Positions 35,561 to 52,726 of a stretch of 64,000 nucleotides of DNA are shown here, piece after piece. This stretch comes from the human T2T-CHM13v2.0 reference genome, Homo sapiens, in NCBI RefSeq assembly GCF_009914755.1, contig NC_060932.1; one strand, 5' to 3'. A program made the position numbers and the translations under genes. The notes below the pieces were generated by a model, which searched no databases, was not told where the DNA came from, and was given only the letters and a program-made list of their open reading frames with translations. The stretch's first letter is position 1. Each line of letters begins with the position of its first letter.

Positions 35561-35953
35561 TGTCTCAGTCTGTTCATGCTGCTATAACAAAATACCTGAG
35601 ACTGGATAATTTCTTTTCTAAAAAACAGAAATTTATTTCTCACAGTTCTGGAGGCTGGAAATTCAAGATCACGGCACCAGCAGGGTTGAGGTCTGGTGAG
35701 GACTTGGTCTCTACTTGTTGCTGCATCCTCTGGAGGGGATAAACTCTGTGTCTCACATGGCAGAAAGATGGATGGGCAGAAGGGGCCTCACTGGTTCCCT
35801 CCAGCCCTTTCATAAGGTTGTTAATCCCATTCATGAGTGCTCTGCCCTCAAGACTTAATCTCCTCCTAAAGGCCCCATGTCTTAAAACAATTGCTTTGGG
35901 GATTGAGCTTCAAGTTGAATTTTGGAGGGAAAACAAACATTAAAACCATAGCA
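35561..35953 (-). mobile_element. MLT1A/MSTD-type MaLR solo LTR
   Basis: TGTCTCAGTC...AAACCATAGCA termini. Confidence 0.85.
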
Positions 35954-36859
35954 GCACACTACCATGAACTTAACCAACAGCCCTCATCATTGTTGCTGGG
36001 CCAGATATAGCATATTTACTTGAACAAATAGCACAGCCTCTGGCAGTTGGTACAGAGCTATGGTCTGGATGAATATGTTCTTTTCAATCCTCATCACTAA
36101 AGGAGACCAAAAGTCATTGACATTCATGGTAATGAGAGAAGTGCACATTCATTCTCTTGCCCCAGGTCTGGGTGAGCTCTCCTGGCCCATTCCAAAATAC
36201 TTCACAGGGACCTGGATCACCCAACAATCCACATAGCTTCACAAGGTCCACTACATTGGCGAGATCATACTTACTGTACCTGGTGCACAGGAGTGGTAAA
36301 AGCTATAAGTGCAATGATAAGAAACATGCATTCCATAGTGTGAGAGATAAACCTCAAAAAAACTCAGGGTCCTCCCACATCTGTGATGCTTTCAGGGGTC
36401 CAATAGCCTGGAGAAAGGTCAAAGGTAAGTCATTGCCTCCCATACCAATAAGAAAGAGGACTAGAACTTGATCTAGATTTTGGAGGAAACATATACTGCA
36501 CTTGAGCATTCAATTTCAGTCTCTATATTAGGTGCTCCCAGAAGGCGGCCAAGCCACAAGGGTTCTGTAGAAGGTCCAGGTTCCAGGGCCAGCTTCCAAA
36601 GCAAACCATGACCTGACAAATCCAAATGAGCTAGAGGTTTCCAAGGCAGATTAGGAGACCACATGGAATCTCTAGCAAGCCCCAGTAGGAAAATCACAGC
36701 AGAGACCCCAGGTATCTGGAATAAGGCCACGCAGAGGACTTCAAATAGCAGCCCCTGTGCATCACTGGGCCCTACTAAGGAGTGAGCACCTATCCACACA
36801 AACAACTGGAGCTGCCCATCATGAGCTAGGTGTTGTTGGTATTTGTTGCATAGCAATAG

Positions 36860-37990
36860 CCATGTTTCAGTTATCTATTAGTATGTAACAAACTCCCCCA
36901 GAAGTAAGTGGCTTAAAACAACAATTTTACTGCCTCACAATTTTGTTGGTCAGAGTAGTGATTGTCTTATATGAAGGCTCAGGGTTCCCAAAAATACAAA
37001 AGTGGAAGCTGCTAAGCCTACTGTAGACCTTAATGATCCATGTCGCAAATCTACTCCCTGCTCTCAATGTACCTAACAGTTTTGTTCCATTATAGAATCA
37101 GGCTCAGTCTTGAGGTCCAAGTGTGAGCCATTCCTCAGACCCAGAACCCACTGCCTTCATCTCAATCATCATCAACTCAATCAGGGCTGGAAGCAGCCCT
37201 CCAGAAGCAGTTCCTCCTGATCAAAAGATCTGTGAACTCCAAAGACAAAGTATCCACCCCAGATGCACCCAAAATACGGTGTCAAGGCAATCAGGGGAGA
37301 ACCACAACAGACATTTCCAATCCAAAAGAAAGAAAATGGAAGACACAAAGCAGTCACTCTATGCCTATACCCATTATGAAACCCAGCTGGGCACATGGTC
37401 CTCAACAAAAGCCTAGTTGCAGAGATGTGAGGATGGGCCTTTGGGACTTCAGGGCACACACATGTGGGTCTTCCTGTCTCCCATCAGTGCCTACTGGAGA
37501 GCATGTGCCTTAGAGGAGACAACAAGGTAGACAGAGTAGTTTATCCAGGAAATGTCAGCTTCTGTCCTCAGCTGCCTAGTACATGGACAGTGGCCCACGA
37601 GTGGAGCAGCCATGGTGGCAGTACAGGAGGAACACTGCTCATTGACAAAACCACATAGCCTCCACTCACTATGGCCTACCCAGTTACCCAGTGAACCAGC
37701 AGTAGAGCATTGGAGCAGACAAGCCAGCTACTGGTAATTAACCTGCTGCTAGGTTAACTACCTTGCATATCTCCCACCCTGGAGGGAGCAGCAATTCATT
37801 CCTACGGAATTGACTATAGATATTGATTTCCTTTCCCTGCATGCTGTGCTGCTGCCAGCACCATTATTTGAAGACTTAGTGTGCCTTTTTATCACTATTG
37901 ATCCTGACATATGGGATAGCATGATCCCTTATCACCTCAGACTAAGGGACCCGGCTTATAGTGAAGGAGGTGTGATAAGGATCACATAAT
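36860..37990. mobile_element. Degenerate MLT1 LTR pieces and ERVL-class internal (integrase-like) remnant
   Basis: MLT1 words (gtaacaaactcccc, gtggcttaaaacaaca); ERVL-like words (gcccacgagtggagcagccatggtggcag; tcagactaagggacc). Confidence 0.5.
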
Positions 37991-38369
37991 GCATCACTCT
38001 TAAGCAAATGTCTGGACCCATTGCTCTACTTCCATTTATTTTCTGTACTACTGTAGTTTTTTCCTAAATAAAAATCTGATACTTGCCATCCCAGACTAAA
38101 ACCCTCTGATCATTCCCCAAAGTCTGCAGGTTATAGCCTGAGCCCCTCAGTACACTGTATAAGGCCTTTTACAATCTGGCACCAAACCCTTTCTCCACCC
38201 ACATCTCCTGATGTTCCCCACATTTTTCACAAAAAGCTGCACTAAACTTGCCCTGTTTCCTGACAGTACATACCCCCTAAGGCCATGTCACTTGCATTTG
38301 CTACTCCTTTTTCTGGAATATTCTTGCTTTAACTCTCCCCCTATAACATTCCCCAGCCCCTTTAAGATC

Positions 38370-38940
38370 TGTATTAGCAATCTATAGCTGTGTAACAAAT
38401 TGTCACAAATGTAACAGCTTGAAGGTGCATCCATTTATAATATTCCAGCACCTGTGGGAGGGATCCACCTATGGCTCAGGTGCATCTTCTGTTCCAGGGT
38501 CCTTCACTAGCTGCAATCAAGGTATTGGTTAGGGCTGCAGCCTCATCTCAAGGCTCAACCAGGGAAAGATCTGCTACCAAGCTTCTGTGGTTGTTGGCAG
38601 AATTCAGTTCCTTGCAGGCTATTGGAGGAGGACCTAATTTTTTTGCCAGCTGTCCAGCTAGAAGCCACCCTCAGCTCCTGGACACATGGGCCTCTCCACA
38701 GGGCAACTCACAACATGGCATCTTACCTCATAAAAGCCAGCAACAGAGAGAGTCTGCTTGCAAGACACAAATCACACTCTGATGTGACATAATCACAGAA
38801 ATGCCATCGGATCACCTTTGCCATGTTCTATTCACTAGAAACGAGTCACAGGTCCTGCCTACATTCAAGGGGAGGGGACACAGGGGCATGGACACCAAGA
38901 GCTAGGGGGCGTTGAGACCCTCTTAGTGTCCCCAACCATA
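38370..38940 (-). mobile_element. MLT1-family solo LTR
   Basis: tgtattag...gctgtgtaacaaatt...gttggcagaattcagttccttg...attcaaggggagggga. Confidence 0.8.
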
Positions 38941-39399
38941 GGACCTGATTGTACCATCGCTGGGGTCTCCCTGAGCCACTCTGTCCTGCATCTTTACAGC
39001 ACATGTCTCAGATGGAGTCTTATGTATGCACTCTCATGGCATTCCTGGTAAAAATCCCTCAGCAGGCATCCTGCTCACTATAGATATCCTGCACAGTGGC
39101 TTTTCATGTTGGGGCAGGGAGGACACTGGTACAACCACCCTCTTCCAGGTATGCCTTCACTTTCCAGAGCAGGAGGGGATGGGAGGTTTACAAAGGTGGA
39201 TTTCTATAAATTTACTCCTTTATAGCTTTCTGCTTCTCCTAAGAAAAATGCTCATAGATTAGACAATCCAACCAAAAAATTATTCTGTTTGAAAGTGAAA
39301 TCAAGGTTTAGGTTTTATCAGTACATGGTATCACTTAAGGTAACTTACATGCCAAAACAATTTTAGCCACTCTTTCCACTGAAATTTTTAGCCAAGGGA

Positions 39400-39570
39400 A
39401 AATAGATGTCATGAATTTCTGTGCACAATACTTCAAATCCCCATGAACTCCCTGTAGAATAAGTATTATTGCCTCTATTTTGCAGATGAGGAAATGGAAG
39501 CTCAGTTTGAGTAATCTGTTATTGATAGAATCAGAACTCAACATTTGGGTCCCAGATGCCTCCATCATTA
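39400..39570 (-). mobile_element. MIR
   Basis: ctctattttgcagatgaggaaatggaagctcag core. Confidence 0.7.
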
Positions 39571-39609
39571 TACCTGCCTTGTACTCAGTGCCTGGTGGAA
39601 GCTCAAGGT

Positions 39610-42600
39610 CAGGGGGTGCATGGCCCCACCCTGCTTCCCCATCAATGCATACTCACCTGCAGCCGTTAACTGCAACACACTCTCCCATGGCCCCTCCAGC
39701 CACCATTGGAGTATTGTTGCCAGCAAACTGGGAACATCTCAGCCCCTCCAGCACAGCAGGTGCTTTACCTTGAAGGGCCAGAAAACAAAGCCATAAGCCT
39801 GAGTTAGAGTGTGCAGCTCAGGAGTGCTGAGCGAAGCCTTGGCCCCCTGAAACCATCCAGAAACAAAGCCAATCAACTAAAGCCAACTTATACCAGTTAA
39901 GCCCTCAAGGGCATCAAAGAATATAAAAGCAAAAAGCCCCATCCAAAGGACGGCAACTTCAAAGATTAGAGAAACATCATCCCACAGAGATGAGAAACAA
40001 CCAGTACAAGAATTCTGGAAACTCTAAAAGCCAAAGTGCCTTTTTACCTCCAAACAACCACACTAGCTCCCTTGCAATGATTTTTAACCAGATTGAAATG
40101 GCTGAAATGACAGACATAGAATTCAGAATCTAAATGACAAGGAAGCTCAACAAGATACAGGAGAAGGTTGAAATCCAATATAAGGAAACCAGTAAAACAA
40201 TCCAAGAGTTGAAAGACGACATAGCCATTTTAAGGAAGAACAAAACTGAACTTCTGGAAATGAAAAATTAACTATAAGAATTTCATAATGCCATTGGAAG
40301 CATTAACAACAGAATAGACCAAGCTGAGGAAATAACCCCAGAGCTCAAAGACTACTCTTTCGAATTGAGATAGGTAGACAAAAATATAGAAAAAAATGAT
40401 TTTTTAAAATGAACAAAACCTCAAAGAAATATGGAATTATGTAAAGAGGCCAAACTTATAACTCATTGACATACCTGAAAGAGATGGACAGAGAGCAAGC
40501 AACCTGGAAAACATATTTGAGGATATTATCCACAAAAATTTTCCCAAACTTATTAAGAGAAGTCAACATGTAAATTCAGAAAATTCAGAGAACGCTTTCA
40601 AGATACTACACAAGATGCCCATCCCCAAGACACATAGTCATCAGATTCTCCATGGTCAATGTGAGAGCAAAAACCTTAAAGGCAGCTAGAAAAAAAGGGG
40701 CATGTCACATACAAAGGGAACCACATCACACTAACAGAACTTTCAGCAGAAACCCTAGAAGACAGAAGAGATTGGGGGACTATGTTTAGCATTCCTAAAG
40801 AAAAGAAACTGCAACCAATAATTCCATATTCAGCCAAATTAGGCTTCATAAGAGAAGGAGAAATAAGATCCCTTTCAGACAAGCAATGCTAAGGGAATTT
40901 GTTACCACCAGACCTACCTTCTAAAAGGTCCTTAAGGGAATGCTAAACATGGAAATGAAAGACCAATACCTGCCACCACAGAAACACACTTAAGTACAGA
41001 ACCCCCGACACTAAAGCAACTATACAATCAAGTCTATATAACAACCAACTAACAACATGATGACGGAATCAAATCCTCACATATCAATATTGACCTTGAA
41101 CGTAATCAGGTTAAATGCCATTTAAAGGCACAGAGTGACAAGTTGGATATAAAGCAAAACCTAACTGTATGCTGTCTTAAAGAGACCCATCTCACATGAA
41201 ATGACATCCATAGACTCAAAGTAAAGGGATAGAGAAATATCTATGAAGCAAATGGAAAGCAAAAAAGAGCAGAGGTTGCTATTCTTATTTCAAATAAAAC
41301 AGACTTTAAACCAACAACAATCGAAAGGGACAAAGAAGGGCATTACACCATGATAAAGGGTTCAATTCAACAAGAAGACTTAACTATCCTAAATATATAT
41401 GCACCCAACATTGAAGCACCCAGATTCAGAGAGACCTGTGAAGAGACTTAGATAACCACATAATAATAGTGGGAGACTTCAGCATCCCACTGACAATGTT
41501 AGGCAGATCATTGAGGCAGAAAACCAATGAAGACATTCAGGACTTAAACTCAACACTTGACCATTTGGATCTAACATATATCTACAGAATAGTCCACCCC
41601 ACAACAACAGAATATACATTCTTCTCATCTACACACAGCACCTACTTTAAAATCAACCACATGCTCAGCCATAAAGCAATTCTCAACAAACTCAACAAAA
41701 ATGAAATCACACCAACCCCATTCTTCGACCACAGTGCATTAAAAATATAAATCAATACCATAAAGAATTCTCAAAACCATATAATTACATAGATATTAAA
41801 CAACCTTATCCTGAATGACCTTTGGGTATAGAATGAAATTAAGGCAGAAATCAAAAACTTATTTGAAAATAATGAAAATTAAGATATACAAAAATCTCTG
41901 GAACACACTAAAGCAGTATTAAGAGGAAAGATTATAACACTAAGTTTCTACATCAAGAAGTTAGAAAGATTTCAAACTGACAACCTAACATCATGCCTAG
42001 AGAAACTAGAAAACAAGAGAAAACCAACTCCAAAGCTAGGAGAAGAAAAGAAATGACCAAAACCAGAGCTGCCCTGAGCAAAACTGAAACAAAAAAAATC
42101 GACACTAAATATCAATGAAGCCAAAATCTTGTTATTTGAAAAAATAAACAAGATTAATAGACTGCTAGCTGGATTAATAAACAGAAAAAAATGAGCTCCT
42201 AATAAACATAATCAGAAATGACCAAGGTGACATTACCACCAACCCCACAGAAATACAAAAAACCCTCAGAGACTATTATGAACAACTTTATGATTAGAAA
42301 CTAGAAAACCTGGAAGAAAATGGACAAATGCCTGAAAACATACAACCTCACAAGATTGAACCAAAAGAAATTAACACCCTGAACAGATCAATAACAAGTT
42401 CTGAAACTGAATCCATGACAAAACACCTACCAACGAGAAAAAGCCCTGGACCAGACGGTTCACAACCGAATTTTACCAGACATTCAAAAAAGAGCTGGTA
42501 TCAATCCTACTGAAGTTATTCCAAAAAATTAAGAAGAAGGGACTCCTCCCCAACTCATTCTATGAGGCCAACATTATTCTGATACCAAAGCTTGGCAGAG

Positions 42601-45083
42601 ACACAATAGAAAAAGAAAACTTCAGGCCAATATTCCTGATAAACATAGATGCAAAAATCCTCAATAATATACTAGCAAACCAAATCCAGCAGCACAAGAA
42701 AAAGCTAATCCACCAGGATCAAGTAGGCTTTATTCCTGGAGTGCAAGGTTGTCTCAATATATGCAAACCAACCAATGTGATTCATCACAAAAACAGAACT
42801 AAAAACAAAAACCACATGATCATCTCAATAGATGGAGAAAAAGCTTTCAATAAAATTCAACATCCCTTTATATTAAAATCCCTCAACAAATTAGGAACCA
42901 AAAGAACATACATCACAATAATAAGAGCCATCTATAACAAACCAACAGCCAACATCACACTGAACAGCAAAAGCTAGAAGCATTCCCCTTGAGAAACAAA
43001 GCAAGACAACAATGCACACTCTCACCACTCCTACTCAACATAGTATTGGAAGTCCTGTCCAGGGCAATAAGGCAAGATAAATAAGTAAAACGCATCCAAA
43101 TAGGAAGAGATGAAATCAAACTATCTCCCTTTGCAGATGATATTATTTTATACCTACAAAACCCCACAGTCTCTGCCCAAATCCTCCTAGGAAACCAGTA
43201 AAACAATCCAAGAGTTGAAAGATGATATCGCCATTTTAAGAAAGAACCAAACTGAACTTCTGATAAACAACTTCTGTAAAGTTTCAGGATACAAAATCAA
43301 TATACAAAAATCAGTAGCATTTCTATACATCGATAAAGTCCAAGCTGAGAGCCAAAACAAGAATGCAATCTCATTTATAATAGTCACAAACAGAATAAAA
43401 TACCTAGGAATACAGCTAAACAGGGAGATGAAAGATCTCTACAATGAGAATTATAAAATATTACTGAAAGAAAAAATGGAAAAAACATTTCATGCTCATG
43501 GGTAGGAAGAATCAATATTGTTAAAATGGTTCTACTGCCCAAAGCAATTTACAGATTCAGTGCTATTCCTATCAAACTGCTAACCTTATTTTTCACAGGA
43601 TTAGAAAAAGCTATCCTAAAATTCATATAGAACCATAAAAGAGCCCAAGTAGCCAAAGGAATCCTAAGCAAAAAGAGCAAAGTTGGTGGCATCACATTAT
43701 CCAACTTCAAACTATACTATAAGGCTATAGTAACCAAAACAGCATGGTACTGGTACAAAAACAGACCTGTAGACCAATGGAACAGTTTAGAGAGCCCAGA
43801 AATAAAGCCACACACCTTCAACCATCTGATCGTCAACAAGGTTGACAATAACAAGCAATGGAGAAAGGACTTTACTCAATAAATGGTGCTGGGATAACTG
43901 GCTAGCCAAATGCAGAAGAATGAAACATGACCCCTTCTTTTCACCATATAAAAGACTTAAATGTAAGACCTAAAACTATTAAAAACCCTAGAAGAAAACC
44001 TAGGAAACACCAATCTGGACATAAGAACTGGCAAAGATTCCATGAGAAGTCTCCAAAAGCAACTGCAACAAAAACAAAAATTGACAAATGGGACTTAATT
44101 AAACTGAAGAGCTTCTCACAGCAAAAAAAAAAAAAAAAAAAGTATTAAGAGAGTAAACAACTTACAATATGGAAGAAAATATTCACAAACTATGCATCCA
44201 ACAAAGAATCTTTAAAGACTTAAATCAACAAGCAAAAAACAAGCAACTCCATTAGAAAATGCACAAAAGACATGAACAGACACTTCTCAAAAGAAGACAT
44301 ACATGCAGCCAAGAAGTATATGAAAAAATGTTCAGCATCACTAATTATTAGAGAAATGCAAATCAGAACCATAATGAGATACCATCTTGTATCAGCCAGA
44401 TTGCCTATTATTAAAAAGTCAAAAAATAACAGGTATTGGTAAGATTGTGGAGAAAGAGAATATTTATACATCGCTGGTGGGAATGTAAATTAGTTCAGTC
44501 ACTGTGGAAAGTAGTTTGGTGATTTCTCAAAGAACTTAAAACAGAACTACCATTTGACCTGGCAATCTCACTACTGGGAATATACCCAAAGGAATATAAA
44601 TCATTCTACCAAAAAGACATATGCACCCATATGTTTGTCACAGCACTATTCACAATAGCAAGACATGGAATCAACCTAGGTGCCCATTAACAGTGAACTG
44701 GATAAAGCAAATGTGGCACATATACACCATGGAATACTGTGCACTGTTAAGAAGAGATCACATCCTTTGCAGCAACATGGATGCACCTGGAGGCCATTAT
44801 CCTAAGGGAATTAATGTAGGAACAGAAAACCAAATACTGCATGTTCTCACTTATAAGTGGGAGCTGAACACTGAGTTCACATGGACACAAATATGGGGAC
44901 TACTTGAGTAGGGAGGGTGGGAGGAGGAGGGTGAGGGTCAAAAAACTACCTATTGAGTATTATGCTCACTACCTGGATGAGGAAATCATTTATACTCCAA
45001 ACCCCAGCAACACACAATTTACCCAGGTAACAAACATGCACATGTACCCCCTGAATCTAAAGTAAAAGTTGGAGAAAGAAAAA
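39610..45083 (+). mobile_element. Near full-length old LINE-1 (L1PA15/16-like); ORF1 from about 39990, ORF2 from about 41057, both disrupted
   Basis: ORF1 start MRNNQYKNSGNSKSQS; EN motif GDFSIPL; RT PFADD; 3'UTR AAAACTACCTATTG...GTACCCCCTGAATCTAAAGTAAAAGTTGG. 5' boundary approximate. Confidence 0.92.
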
Positions 45084-46186
45084 CAATCAGAAGGTGGCTG
45101 CTGGACAAGGAGGGGAGCTCCCAGGCAGCTCTGATTCCACATCCAGGCAAACATGCAGCATGGTGGATTTCAGCTCCAGAAGCTTCTCCCTGACTGCCCC
45201 ATCTAGTGGGGTCGAGTGGCCTCAGATGCAGCCACAGCGGCAGTGAGGACCCCGCAAGCGGAAGCCAGGGCAAAACTTGGGGTCTAGAGAACTGTCACTT
45301 GATTAGCTTATGAGCTCCTCTAATATCCTAGGTGCTAAAGGTAACAACTCTTACCAAAAGAAAATTCCCTTGAAAGTCTGCTTTAGTCAACTGCATTCAT
45401 GACATCTGTGCAGTTTCACCATTTTGCCTCAAAGACAATCACATTCCTCAAAAATGCCCAATTACATGCAAAATCCTGGCAACTACCAATTTACTGTATT
45501 CACGATCCTCCTCTTGGCAACTCCAAATCTAACAATCAAGTCACATTCCTGTGAGTCCACCAGGAGAAGCAGGAGGCACGCAGCCTCATCTCCTTCAGGG
45601 GGATTTCACAGCCAGTGGATGGTGAGGGCCTCTGGGCATGGGGTCTTTCTGGGACAGAAGAAGGCAAGGGAACCCTTAGCAATGACATGATTAACCTGGG
45701 CTCTGTCTCTAAGTATTATCCCATAGAACTCGGTTTACCGCTATCAGAAAAATTTTGTTTTGTGTAAAATGCCCCCAAATGTCACTAGTTCATTTGTGAA
45801 TGATTCATTTTTTAAAAAAATCCTTACTGCATGCCTGCTTTTCCCCAGGGCTCTCTTCTCATCACAGACTTCCATCATCTTCCGATTCCCTCCCTGATGA
45901 AGGTGTGTGATGTACTAGAAAGTGCTACAAACCATTCTTCAAAGTCTCCACTAACAAGGTACACGGCTCTAATTCTAATGTGCTTATTTTAGTCCTCCTG
46001 GCCTTAGGACAATGAGAGGAGGGAGAGAGAATAGATGGTCCCAGGGTTTGTTTCCACTCCTGAGGGGAAGTAAATTGAACAATCTTTAATCAGCTTATTT
46101 TATCAGCTTTAAATATGACTTTTACTAACTTGCCTTGGATTAAGTCCCTCCAGGGGGCACTTAAAAAAAAAAAAGAAGAAGAAGCA

Positions 46187-46335
46187 TAACTGGGCACAGT
46201 GGCCTGGGCCTGTAATCGCAGCTACTCAGGAGGCCCAGGAGGGAGGGTTGCTTGAGCCCAGGAGTTCAAGACCAGCCTGGGCAACATAGTGGGGCCCCTG
46301 TCTCTAAACAAAATTAAAATATAAAACAACAAAAC
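46187..46335 (+). mobile_element. FLAM_A-like Alu monomer
   Basis: Single monomer with cagctactcaggagg...gttcaagaccagcctgggcaacatag. Confidence 0.85.
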
Positions 46336-46966
46336 AAACATAAGAAATAAACAAGCTTAGCCTTTTCTTCAGAAATCCCATGTCATTTCTCCCAGATTGT
46401 TTCTGTTTTATGGGTAACAAAACCACCTCTCAGCATGTCCTCTGGGTTGGATGTAAGTATGCTCAGCCAAAGTATTTATAACACAGTATCTTTCAACATT
46501 CCTCCCCCTACTTTTCTTGTCTCGTCCCCTAATTTTGTCTCTTACCTTACATTTCTAAGCCCCCACAAGGCAGGTAATGAAGTATTTTATCCTAAGAAAA
46601 AGAAAGAAAGAAATCCCATGTCATTAGGAGTAGCTGAAACTAGTCTCTCTCAAAAATAAATGAAATAGGTTTGTATGAACTCTAAGGACGGACTGGGCTT
46701 AGCAAACCCTGCCCCAGTGCCATGCTGCGCTCACACCAGAGACTTGATGGGGCCCTGGGGCAGTGCCCCAGGAGCGCAGGGCACAGCCCAGCACACGCTT
46801 GGCACTCGGAAGCATTCCTTAGGCAGAGACCCTGCACCAGTGATATGTGTGGGTCACTGCTTTGCTCTCCAGAGAGAATCCCAGAGGCCTGGGGAGAGCC
46901 CAAGCCACTCCGCTCAGGCAGGCGAGACTTTGATCCTGTGTCTTTAAACTGCAGCCCTGGAAACGT

Positions 46967-47371
46967 TCACCTAAAAAGACAAGGCCCCTGGGAGTGAACC
47001 CTGCAAAGCCAGGGAGCCTGGCAGTGTCTGCGGGTTCGCGATGTATGAAGAGCCTCTGGCAGGTCAGTGGGTGCGTGCACCGTGCACCAGTGAAGCAGGG
47101 CGAGGCATTGCCTCACTCGGGAAGCGCAAGGGGTCAGGGAGTTCCCTTTCCTAGTCAAAGAAAGGGGTGACGGATGGCACCTGGAAAATCGGGTCACTCC
47201 CACCCGAATACTGCGCTTTTCCGACGGGCTTAAAAAACCGCACACCATGAGATTATATCCGGCACCTGGCTCAGAGGGTCCTACGCCCACGGAGTCTCGC
47301 TGATTGCTAGCACAGCAGTCTGAGATCAAACTGCAAGGCGGCAGCGAGACTGGGGGAGGGGCACCAGCCAT
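46967..47371 (-). CDS. ORF0: L1 antisense ORF0, extended (134 aa), reading through the TSD into flank; expression unknown
   Basis: MAGAPPPVSLPPCSLISDCCASNQRDSVGVGPSEPG matches primate L1 ORF0; ATG at 47371-47369; stop at 46969-46967. Confidence 0.55.
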   Translation of the reverse strand: MAGAPPPVSLPPCSLISDCCASNQRDSVGVGPSEPGAGYNLMVCGFLSPSEKRSIRVGVTRFSRCHPSPLSLTRKGNSLTPCASRVRQCLALLHWCTVHAPTDLPEALHTSRTRRHCQAPWLCRVHSQGPCLFR

Positions 47372-47827
47372 TGCCCAGGCTTGCTTAGGTAAACAAAGCA
47401 GCCAGGAAGCTGGAACTGGGTGGAGCCCACCACAGCTCAAGGAGGCCTGCCTGCCTCTCTAGGCTCCACCTCTGGGGGCAGGGCACAGACAAACAAAAAG
47501 ACAGCAGTAACCTCTGCAGACTTAAATGTCCCTGTCTGACAGCTTTGAAGAGAGCAGTGGTTCTCCCAGTACGCAGCTGGAGATCTGAGAATGGGCAGAC
47601 TGCCTCCTCAAGTGGGTCCCTGACCCCTGACCCCCGAGCAGCCTAACTGGGAGGCACCCCCACAGCAGGGGCACACTGACACCTCATACGGCAGGGTACT
47701 CCAACAGACCTGCAGCTGAGGGTCCTGTCTGTTAGAAGGAAAACTAACAAACAGAAAGGACATCCACACCAAAAACCCATCTGTACATCACCATCATCAG
47801 GGACCAAAAGTAGATAAAACCACAAAG

Positions 47828-48843
47828 ATGGGGAAAAAACAGAACAGAAAAACTGGAAACTAAAATGCAGAGCGCCTCTCCTCCTCCAAAGGAACGCAGT
47901 TCCTCACCAGCAATGGAACAAAGCTGGACAGAGAACGACTTTGACGAGCTGAGAGAAGAAGGCTTCAGATGATCAAATTACTCTGAGCTACGGGAGGACA
48001 TTCAAACCAAAGGCAAAGAAGTAGAAAACTTTGAAAAAAATTTAGAAGAATGTATAACTAGAATAACCAATACAGAGAAGTGCTTAAAGGAGCTGATGGA
48101 GCTGAAAACCAAGGCTCAAGAACTACGTGAAGAATGCAGAAGCCTCAGGAGCCGATGCGATCAACTGGAAGAAAGGGTATCAGTGATGGAAGATGAAATG
48201 AATGAAATGAAGCGAGAAGGGAAGTTTAGAGAAAAAAGAATACAAAAGAAATGAGCAAAGCCTCCAAGAAATATGGGACTATGTGAAAAGACCAAATCTA
48301 CGTCGGATTGGTGTACCTGAAAATGACGGGGAGAATGGAACCAAGTTGGAAAACACTCTGCAGGATATTATCCAGGAGAACTTCCCCAATCTAGCAAGGC
48401 AGGCCAACGTTCAGATTCAGGAAATACAGAGAACACCACAAAGATACTCCTCGAGAAGAGCAACTCCAAGACACATAATTGTCAGATTCACCAAAGTTGA
48501 AATGAAGGAAAAAATGTTAAGGGCAGCCAGAGAGAAAGGTCGGGTTACCCTCAAAAGGAAGCCCATCAGACTAACAGTGGATCTCTTGGCAGAAACCCTA
48601 CAAGCCAGAAGAGAGTGGGGGCCAATGTTCAACATTCTTAAAGAAAAGAATTTTCAACCCAGAATTTCATATCCAGCCAAACTAAGCTTCAGAAGTGAAG
48701 GAGAAATAAAATACTTTACAGACAAGCAAATGCTGAGAGATTTTGTCACCACCAGGCCTGCTCTAAAAGAGCTCCTGAAGGAAGCACTAAACATGGAAAG
48801 GAACAACCGGTACCAGCCACTGCAAAATCATGCCAAAATGTAA
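47828..48843 (+). pseudogene. ORF1: L1 ORF1p, frameshifted
   Basis: ATGGGGAAAAAACAG start; small indels near 47860 and 48243; intact C-terminal 186 codons (REWG, YPAKLS, QNHAKM*). Confidence 0.93.
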
Positions 48844-48891
48844 AGACCATCGAGACTAGGAAGAAACTGCATCAACTAACGAGCAAAATAA

Positions 48892-52726
<3,835 letters not shown>

